From Macrostomum lignano (Eukaryota): a stretch of DNA of 64,000 nt. Of this stretch, positions 51,286 to 64,000 are shown piece by piece. How positions within the stretch are numbered: position 1 is the stretch's first letter; every line of letters starts with the position of its first letter. Both the position numbers and the translations under genes were made by a program. The stretch spans positions 310,001 to 374,000 of the forward strand of contig NIVC01000617.1 of assembly GCA_002269645.1 (NCBI GenBank). Direction: 5' to 3'. The notes beneath the pieces are model-generated. The model was given only the letters and a program-made list of their open reading frames with translations. It was not told the DNA's origin and searched no databases.

Positions 51286-51973
51286 TTATGTGTAATATCT
51301 ACAATCTAAGAATAAATGAATGATAAAATGATTAGATTAGTATGCTATCAAGTGGCAAAAAGTCATTTTTGTAAAAATTTAGACATTTTTCTAAGCAAAA
51401 GACATCATTAAGTTTGTGTACCTTTTAAAAACAAATAGAAAGCTTTGGAAGGTTGAAACAAACTATAGATAAAAGTATAGTACTTGCATCATCAGATAAA
51501 AGTATTGGTGACCAAATAATCTATTATATTTTTAATATATTGGTACCTCAAAGTTACTGAATTGACAGAAAAAAATATGTTACGACCATAATGTTACGAC
51601 CATAAGGCTGCCTTTTCTTTTGTATCTTTGTTGCCTTTTTGAGTTTATATATTCTACAAAAAGAGTATGATTACTAAAGATATTCTGAGTCTAATTTTAA
51701 AAAATGTATTGCAAAATATCAAAAATAAAAATGTTATAAGACTTTTACCTTTTAGTTTCTATATGTCAAAAATCCTGTTGTTACAACCATAAGTGCCATT
51801 CAAGGTTTAATAGCATCTATACTAATGATTATATCTACATGAAACTCTATAAAATATTTTTGACAAAATTATCTTTCATTTAAAATATTGGTTTAGTATA
51901 TTCTATTATTATATTTCATTTTATAAGTAAACATAGCCTGTCATGTTACGACCATGCTTATATGGAATGAGCC
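51286..51973. mobile_element. Second, inverted and one-end-truncated copy of the same MITE
   Basis: About 690 bp is a near-identical reverse complement of 49703-50392, ending in the same TIR at 51973. Confidence 0.85.
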
Positions 51974-53029
51974 AGGAGTCATACCTTTTAATTTTTTGGG
52001 TCATAGTTTTAATTTTATTTTAGTCATGCCTACAATTTAAATTTAAGTTTTAAAGGTTCTGAAAATTAAATATTTCAGTTTCTAGATAATACTATACTTC
52101 TTAGATATATGACACAGGTATATAACATATTTAGCCTTTCTCAAATTTCATTTGCAGTTTTTTTATTATTTTTTATGTTATAGCTATAGTTATGAAAAAA
52201 TTCAGGGCGATACCTTTTAAGCAAAATTTGGCTGTAGGAAAATTTGTAATATAGAGACATACATGCACAAACTCCAAAATTCGGTCAGCTGTGCAACTTG
52301 GTTTTAACAAAAATGCAACATAGTTTTTGGCCAAAAATGCAACTTACATGTAAAAAAACCATATTCTGATCTGATTTAGACTAAAAATACTTTGTCAAAA
52401 AATATGTATACAAAAAACAGTAACCTTAAAATCTTAATGTTTAATTGTACAGCTATGTTTAGCAGAGTTTTGTAGTGTTTAGCAATATAATTGTTAGTCT
52501 TTTGTCTATAGCTACTCATTAAAAGTGTGATTTCAACTGTAGTCCAAGTAGTTTATTTAGCTATAAAAATTATAAGATATATGAATTATTTTAATATATA
52601 AAAAATTCTTTATATAGGTCATTTCTATTGACTTTATATATTTTTAAACAATATAGTGCTTAATTAACAATAAAGTGCTTGATCAAAAAGTACATGTTCT
52701 ACCTTTTGTAGCATTTAATTAATATTCTTTTTGATATGCTAACTAGCTAGACATTCTTGTTTATTCCATAGAAATAACATAATTTTTAGTAGCTCTAACT
52801 ATAATCTAAATTAATGCTAGTGTTAAACACAAAATATAGTTGAAACTTTCTGCTTATTAACTGATGAATGAGTTGATTTGTACCCTAAATACATATATTA
52901 GCGCTATGATATACCATTTTTATGGTAATTTTTTTAATGTATGGAACAAATGTTAAATGGAATACTTATTCAATATATCAAATTGCAGAACTGCTAATCT
53001 TCAAATTAAATACAATTAGCAATATTACA

Positions 53030-56723
<3,694 letters not shown>

Positions 56724-56894
56724 TATAGTAGTGTTGACCTTGAAATGACCTTTGGAGGAATTCGATTCGTTTTGTTCCCGTTTTTTGTTGTTTTTTGGTA
56801 CTTAGAACTTTAAAAAAAGGATATTTTAGTAGACTTTAAAATTTCCCAAACCTCACATTTTACGTAGAATTAATAGGATATTTGGCACTATATT

Positions 56895-57670
56895 TCCCAG
56901 AATCCCATTGTTGATTATGAGGATTATTTGGGATATTTGAGACTGTAGAAATCTCCCAGAATCCCATTGTTGATTATGATGATTATTTGGGATATTTGAG
57001 ACTGTAGAAATCTTCCAGAATCCCATTGTTGATTATGAGGATTATTTGGGATATTTGACACTGTAGAAATCTCCCAGAATCCCATAGTTGATTATGAGGA
57101 TTATTTGGGATATTTGAGACTGTAGAAATCTCCCAGAATCCCATTGTTGATTATGAGGATTATTTGGGATATTTGACACTGTAGAAATCCCCCGGAATCC
57201 CATTGTTGATTATGGAAATTATTTGGGATATTTAACACTGTAGAAATCTCCCGGAATCCCAACGTTGATTATGGGAATTATTTGGGATATTTGACACTGT
57301 AGAAATCTCCCGGAATCCCATAGTTGATTATGAGGATTATTTGGGATATTTGAGACTGTAGAAATCTCCCAGAATCCCATTGTTGATTATGAGGATTATT
57401 TGGGATATTTGACACTGTAGAAATCCCCCGGAATCCCATTGTTGATTATGGGAATTATTTGGGATATTTAACACTGTAGAAATCTCCCGCAATCCCAACG
57501 TTGATTATGAGGATTATTTGGGATATTTGACACTGTAGAAATCTCCCGGAATCCCAACGTTGATTATGGTAATTATTTGGGATATTTGACACTGTAGAAA
57601 TCTCCCGGAATCCCAACGTTGATTATGGGAACTATTAGGGATATTTGACACAGTAGAAATCTCCCAGAAT
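56895..57670. repeat. 59-bp minisatellite, about 13 copies, downstream of the pbx stop codon
   Basis: Period 59 measured at 56901 and 56960. Confidence 0.95.
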
Positions 57671-57946
57671 TTCATTATTTATTGGGATATTGACTAATAG
57701 TTACCAACTTAACTAATTAACCTTGCTGTGCCTCCTACGGATCTGATTTATGGTGTAATCTGTCTTGCGGCAAGCCATGTTATTACTTATTAATTATTTG
57801 CCCGAAATTGAAAAATTAATTGTGCAAATTGGCATGCAAATAGCTTTTTTGATTGAGAATTTTTTTCTTTCTCTCCGTTGCTTCTGCTTATATTAAGCTG
57901 ATAGCTTACTGTTTTCGACTGCAATATTATATTAAATCGAATTTTT

Positions 57947-57952
57947 AATAAA
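57947..57952 (+). promoter_or_regulatory. Candidate polyadenylation signal AATAAA for pbx
   Basis: First AATAAA noticed after the stop, followed by GT/T-rich sequence. Confidence 0.45.
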
Positions 57953-58494
57953 TGTACAAAAGTTATAACAAATGTTCGAGTCGTGTTTTTTGTCTCTGTT
58001 CAGTTTTGTTATACTTGAACCGCTTGCCTGTTGGTGTTGTGCTTTTCGTTCACGGCATTGTTATTACACAAAATCATGATTATAATTAGGTGTGTCATAA
58101 TTAATATTCAACATAAGCCGTTGCTGTTGTCATACAAATAGCTTTTTTCGTAGAATTTTTCTTCAATTCTGTCTGGTTCACTCATTTTCATAGCAGCTAA
58201 GTTTAAATGCTCACGATTGAGCTGTATATGAATTATTTATTAATTCTGAATGTTGTGACTCCTGCGTGTTTTAAAGTTTGAAAATATTAAGAAACCATTT
58301 TGTGCAAATAAGCAATTTTTGCTGTTATATATACACATATTACATTGACCATACCATATTTGTCTTTTCAATTATATAATAGCTTCAACTGCTATTCTGC
58401 GTGTGTGTCCTCTGTGGTTAGACATCTGTGCAGCGTTTTGCCTGCTTTTTTATTTTCTACTGCAACAGAGCAGCCATCGGCCAAGCTGTTACTT

Positions 58495-58583
58495 ACTAAC
58501 CACCTAGCAACCAGGTGCTTCAGCATAGCAACCAGACGCTTCAGCATAGAAACCAGATGCTTCAGCATAGCAACCAGATGCTT
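58495..58583. repeat. 21-bp tandem repeat (TAGCAACCAGATGCTTCAGCA), about 4 copies
   Basis: Directly visible. Confidence 0.8.
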
Positions 58584-60189
58584 CTTCATCTTAGAAGCTG
58601 TCTTTATAGCTCTAGCGAATGTCATGAATTAAAAAAGTCATTAGTAAAAAGCCCATGAACAGCATTGAGCAGTAATTTTTTATTTAATATACTGGTTTAG
58701 AAGCGCATGGGGTAAAAGTTAATTCATTATATTTGTAATAATTAGCATGCGATTATCAGGGAAATCCTTCTGAAAGTACAATGTGCGCTAATTAATTGGA
58801 AGACGATTCTAATTCACAGTCATAAATTTAGCAAAGAAAAAGACAGCTAACGGGGCAAAGGCGACGCGCGCCTGAAGGGTTGGCTGAAAATAATTTACTA
58901 ATGATAATGAGCATATGCATATGATATATAATAGCACCAACTTAGTGAAATAACAAGACGGTTGTGCAACACATTAACACTGGGTTGGATAAAATGTAAC
59001 AAATCAATTTTAAACAAGAAATCATATATTCCGATTAAGAGCTAAAATGATTTCCGATTAACATATCAACTACCGGATTAGCGCCTTTATGGATTGCTGA
59101 TAAATTAGACTCAATACGAATGTCTCATTAGACCAAGTGAGATGAGTTTGTTTAAGATATCGTGAGTAAATAGAGGTTCGATGAAAGGTTTCTTTCGGGT
59201 AGGATACACTGGGGGATGGATTGTACATTGAGGGGGGGGGGGTGGGCAGAGCTGAGTGTACATTTGGGGCAGAGATTTGTCGGGGGAAAGCGTGTACATT
59301 TGGAGCGGGAGTCTGACGGAGACGGGAGTGTACACTGAGGGCAGAGGTTTCGCGCACAAATAGGCAAATGTAAAGGAAAGTTTGCCGCTCTGGCTGTCTC
59401 TATAACAAAGGGCCTCGCTAGTGATGTTTCTTGCGTAAAAACGTGGCCAATAAGAAGCTCAGAAGTTTTTATTTGTGCAGTACATTATTAATATGGGACA
59501 ATCAAATGGTTGCTTTTTTACCAGAAAAAATAATTACAATTCTATAAACAAATTAAAATAATTAACAGAATCACAAATTTACTGCAAATGATATGCTACA
59601 AATTGGTTTAAAAATGTAAAAGTGTTATGAAGCAGGCTATAAAAAGCATTAAGTGACCACGAGAAAAAGAATATATATATACTGCAGATTTAAAGCGATT
59701 CAGTGAGCGTATGAAGCAAATTGCTTTTACAATGGAAGCAAAATTAAAACTCGCTTTCTCAAACGAAGGGAAGACAAAATTAGAGAATTGAACTTGGATA
59801 CGAACGCGAAAAAAGACGACAATAGAAACATTTAAGTAAGATTACGACAAAGATCTCATTTTAGACTTTGGGAAGATCAAACAAGTGTTTGAAACAGATA
59901 ATGAAATACAAAATAATATAACAAATATAATCACAATCATAGCACAGGAACAAAGTGGATATACTGATAGGCATAGCAAGCGTGCTCGTGTGCATGGCAA
60001 CAATATGTATCTATTGAGATGGAGAAGCGGTAGAAAATATTATTACCAATTTTTGGCCTAATGCGGAATAAAAATGTAATATAAACTTGTAGAAAAGACA
60101 GGCAGGTATAAAATTTTTTTTTATAAATTTATTACAAATAGGTGTTCTAGCTTGCGCAAAACACTGTCTTCGGCGCGGAAAAAAAACTT

Positions 60190-60860
60190 CCGAGCTACAA
60201 AGATTCTTACACGCTCTACAAAGACTCTTCCCAGCTACAGACTTTTCCGAGCTACAAAGACTCTTCCCAGCTACAGACTTTTCCGAGCTACAAAGATTCT
60301 TACACGCTCTACAAAGACTCTTCCCAGCTACAGACTTTTCCGAGCTACAAAGACTCTTCCCAGCTACAGACTTTTCCGAGCTACAAAGACTCTTCCCAGC
60401 TACAGACTTTTCCGAGCTACAAAGACTCTTCCCAGCTACAGACTTTTCCGAGCTACAAAGACTCTTCCCAGCTACAGACTTTTCCGAGCTACAAAGACTC
60501 TTCCCAGCTACAGACTTTTCCGAGCTACAAAGACTCTTCCCAGCTACAGACTTTTCCGAGCTACAAAGACTCTTCCCAGCTACAGACTTTTCCGAGCTAC
60601 AAAGACTCTTCCCAGCTACAGACTTTTCTGAGCTACAAAGACTCTTCCCAGCTACAGACTTTTCCGAGCTACAAAGACTCTTCCCAGCTACAGACTTTTC
60701 CGAGCTACAAAGACTCTTCCCAGCTACAGACTTTTCCGAGCTACAAAGACTCTTACAACGCTCTACAAAGGCTCTTCCCAGCTACAGACTTTTCCGAGCT
60801 ACAAAGACTCTTACAACGCTCTACAAAGACTCCTTCAAGCTACAGACTCTTCCATACAGA
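60190..60860. repeat. 36-bp minisatellite (GAGCTACAAAGACTCTTCCCAGCTACAGACTTTTCC)n
   Basis: Directly visible; explains the RATKTLPSYRLF ORF. Confidence 0.95.
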
Positions 60861-61479
60861 CTCTTAATTAAGAAGAACATTATAATGTTCTACAAATATT
60901 CATATTTCAGTTTTAAGGCCTCCATTTTATGGACTATATAGACTGAAACAAAGACCTGTTTGGGACTTTTTAATACAACGCATTCCATTAAACTACAGCT
61001 AAGGCAGCAAAAAGTACAATTGTAAAAGTTACAATTCATAAGCACAAAAACCTATACCTAGCTTGAATATAAAGTTGCAAAATTAAGAACCAATATGTAT
61101 AGTTAATTAATACGAGGATATATATATATATATATTGATATAATTTGATGCTATATTAAACCACCGGAAGGAGCTGCAAAAACACACGGGCAGAACCACC
61201 TTTGATGGATAAAAAGGTAATAAAATCAACCAGAAGATAAAAAACAAGGCAAACACACACGAAGCGCTACGCAATTTCTAATGCGATTCAAATCCGCTTT
61301 TGTTGTAGTCAAAGTTGAATCAATTAGTCTAGTTAAATATATGTAGGATTAAAATAACGCAACACAATACGCGAAAAAGCAAGCTTAACTTTTTTAATTT
61401 AGAAAAACAATTTAGTTCACAAGTTTTGTCTATATTTCCTAGATTGATCAATCAGCCGCTGGAGCTGCAGGACGTCCAA

Positions 61480-61920
61480 CTAGAGACTTCCAAGTTAGAC
61501 TCTTCCCAGCAACAAAGACTCTTCCAAGCTACAAAGAGTCTTGCAAGCTGCAAAGAGTCTTGCAAGATACAAAGAGTCTTCCAAGCTGCAAAGAGTCTTG
61601 TAAGATACAAAGAGTCTTGCAAGATACAGAAATTTTCAAACTACAAAGACTTTTCCAAGCTACAAAGACTCTTCTCAGCAACAGACTCCCGCAAGCTACA
61701 TACTCTTCCCAGCTACAAAGACTCTTCCAAGCTGCAAAGACTTCCCCAACAACAAAGGCTCTTCCCAGCTACAAAGACTCTAGTAAGCTAAGTCTCTTCT
61801 AAGCTACAAAGACCTCCCAGCAACATACATTCCAGCTACAAAGACTCTTCCCAGCTACAAAGGCTCTTCCAAGCGACAAAGACTCTTTCAAGACACACAC
61901 TGTTTCCAGTAACAAAGATT
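61480..61920. repeat. Older degenerate array of the same family (CAAGCTACAAAGACTCTTC-like units of about 19 bp)
   Basis: Shares the GCTACAAAGACTCTTCC core with 60190-60860. Confidence 0.8.
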
Positions 61921-62191
61921 CTCGAATTGATCAACTTCACTAATAAAATAAATATCAACCTGTTTGAGAAAGCTTTTTTTGGAATTATTAGCAACAATTG
62001 CAAGTTTGCCTGTCCAATGCTAGACTAGCTTGTCTCTCAGTCAGAAATTTGCGTATTGTCTATGGTAAAATCTTAATCATCCTTATCGAATTTCATTTTA
62101 TGACTCTGCTGGCACAATGGCCTTATCTACTAAGTATGCATGATAAGATCTATAGTTGACTGATATTGTTCTGTCATTGTCACTCTATCTG

Positions 62192-62964
62192 TCAATCAAA
62201 CATGGCGGCCATATAAGCGGTGGGCACGTATCCCTGTTCGTCAGTGTTGCCAGCAGTTCTTTGAACCAGCGTCCAATCTGCATCGCCAGACAGTACGTAC
62301 AATCGTTCCCCGGCAACCACGGCCAAGTTGTCTGGCTGGCTCGGATCGTTGAAGTCATATAGCATAGCAACTATGGGCAGCGCCGGGGCTGCAACCGCCG
62401 AGGGTGGCGGAGGCACCGGAGGCGCCTGCGGCGGTCCGGCGGCACCCGCAGACGTCGCCACCGGCTGCGGCTGAGCCGGCGAAACCGGCGATTCGTCAGC
62501 GAATTCGTCGGCAAAAGCTGAGGCACTGCTGGTGTTTTGGCTGCTGGATTAATGGGTGGGTTGAAGTTAGTTTACTTTTCAGGGGATCGAAGGGCGGTTT
62601 ATGAGCTCGACAGTGATTCTCAAGCTCAAACTTCACGAGTTCGAAGATTCTCAAGCTTAAACCTCCACGAGTTCAAAGATTCACAAGCTCAAACCTCCAC
62701 GAGTTCGAAGATTCACAAGCTCAAAACTTCACGAGTTCAAAGATTCACAAGATCTAAACTTCACGAGTTCGAAGATTGACAAGCTCAAAACTCGAAACTC
62801 GAAGTTCGAAATTATTGAAACTAAACAAAAGCCAATTATATCTGTATTATACAGTCTCACCTGCCACTAACAGCCTGCACTGGAGGCGGCGCAGCGGCCG
62901 TAGTTGCCACAGGTGCAGCACCGCCCATGTTGCTAGTGTCAACACCCAACGCCTGCAGCTCTTT
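62192..62964 (-). CDS. 3' end of an SH3-domain protein, most like the FNBP1/CIP4/Toca-1 F-BAR family; join complement(62964-62861,62543-62192); the gene probably continues toward or beyond the right edge
   Basis: Phase-2 intron AG|GTGAGA...CAG. Acidic FADEFADE motif (compare FDDEFDDE of FNBP1), then a terminal SH3: AMLYDF...NLAVVAGERLYVLSGDADWTLVQR...EQGYVPTAY. Confidence 0.8.
62605..62815. repeat. Degenerate repeat of about 30 bp (AAACTTCACGAGTTCGAAGATTCACAAGCT) in the SH3-gene intron
   Basis: About 6 copies visible. Confidence 0.8.
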
Positions 62965-63319
62965 CTGTTCAGTGGGAAATATGAATAAGTCTATTTTAAG
63001 CGAGCAATAGAAAAAAATCACACCTCGATGATACACACTGCTTGAAAAAATTCTCTGAATTACCAAATACCTGAATGTTATCATCACCTGTACTGTCAGT
63101 ACGAATTTGCAAATTTACCTCGTGTATTCCGCCTCTAAATATGTGTGCATCAAATGAATAAAGGAAAAAAATGGGTTCGAGCAATGGAGTCGAGAAAAAT
63201 CACGGAAATTATTTATTAATACAACACTGGCACCAGAATGGGGCTGCTATTTAGTTTAATTATTAAGGACTCTGCTCACGAAGCGCAGAAATTTAATTAG
63301 AGAAAAAGAAAAAAATTGA

Positions 63320-63520
63320 CTGAGAGAAAGAGAGAGAGAGAGAGAGGAGATTAGGGAGAGAGATTAGGTAGAGGGGAGATTATGGAGAGGGGAAGATTAG
63401 GGAGATTAAGGAGAGAGTGGAGATTAGGGATAATAGGGAGAGAAGTTGAGTGTCCAGATTAGGTAGACAGAGGGAGAGGGATCATCTAAGGGAGAATGGG
63501 AAGAGTGGAAACAGACAGAG
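63320..63520. repeat. GA-rich low-complexity tract
   Basis: Directly visible. Confidence 0.75.
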
Positions 63521-64000
63521 CAAAGTGCTGTAAAAATGAGTAGCGTATTACATCATCATAAACTGTATTAAAAGGAAAAAACATATCCGTAAACAGGAAG
63601 CCTCTCAGCGTGTACGAACCGGTCTAACATCCACATCTGTAGTACACGCACTAATCTCATTGACATTATTTGTCGCGCTTGTCACGTTAAAAAATGGCGA
63701 CAGCGATAAACGAATTCTCGGACAGCAACGATTTAGTGGGAAGGAAGAATTACTACTATTGCTACTAGTAGCACTATGGTCCGCTAGCGTCTGATGCTGC
63801 ATCTGTGCGGAATGGTTTATACGCTAGTATTAATAGAAGTTGTGGCACTAATACATAAATATTCATAGAGAGAATCGTTTTAGACTAATTAGTACTACAG
63901 TAAACAAAACGCGGTGGTACGATTAGTCCGAAATTCGAGTAGAAATTAGATTTCTACTTTGCAAGCAGTGTCCGGAAACTAAACTTGTTAATTTTAATCG

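Noticed and set aside
59750-59900. Possible decayed CR1-like LINE 3' fragment (IRELNLDT...IETFK)
   Set aside because: Only two short motifs in different frames; cannot be supported without a profile search.
63605-63802. Minus-strand ORF preceded by an AG acceptor as a further exon of the SH3 gene
   Set aside because: No F-BAR or HR1 similarity recognised and the donor site is uncertain.

Overview
Intron-rich animal genomic DNA, not prokaryotic. No CRISPR array, rRNA or tRNA was seen. The very high density of micro- and minisatellites with GC-rich exons resembles a flatworm such as Macrostomum (inference only). Five genes can be rebuilt by hand from GT-AG sites with consistent reading phases: a stomatin/MEC-2-like protein (+, 1008-10472, first exon not located), a non-alpha nicotinic acetylcholine receptor subunit (+, 22120-29960), a divergent truncated kinesin light chain-like protein (-, 47313-44089, start exon not located), a PBX/extradenticle homeobox gene (+, 53030-56723) and the 3' end of an FNBP1/CIP4-like SH3 protein (-, 62964-62192). 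There is also an orphan low-complexity gene (-, about 17285-13581) and a possible PAN/apple-like ORF (-, about 37276-36495). Mobile DNA includes an internally deleted P-superfamily transposon (104-bp TIRs, 8-bp TSD), several MITEs, and a different tandem array in almost every long intron. Most long ORFs in the supplied track are translations of tandem repeats. No clearly new multi-gene system is evident. The best leads are the atypical receptor, the degenerate KLC paralogue, two transposons sitting in one minisatellite, and an AT-rich, CpG-poor domain carrying a TAGGCCTA cluster between klc-like and pbx.
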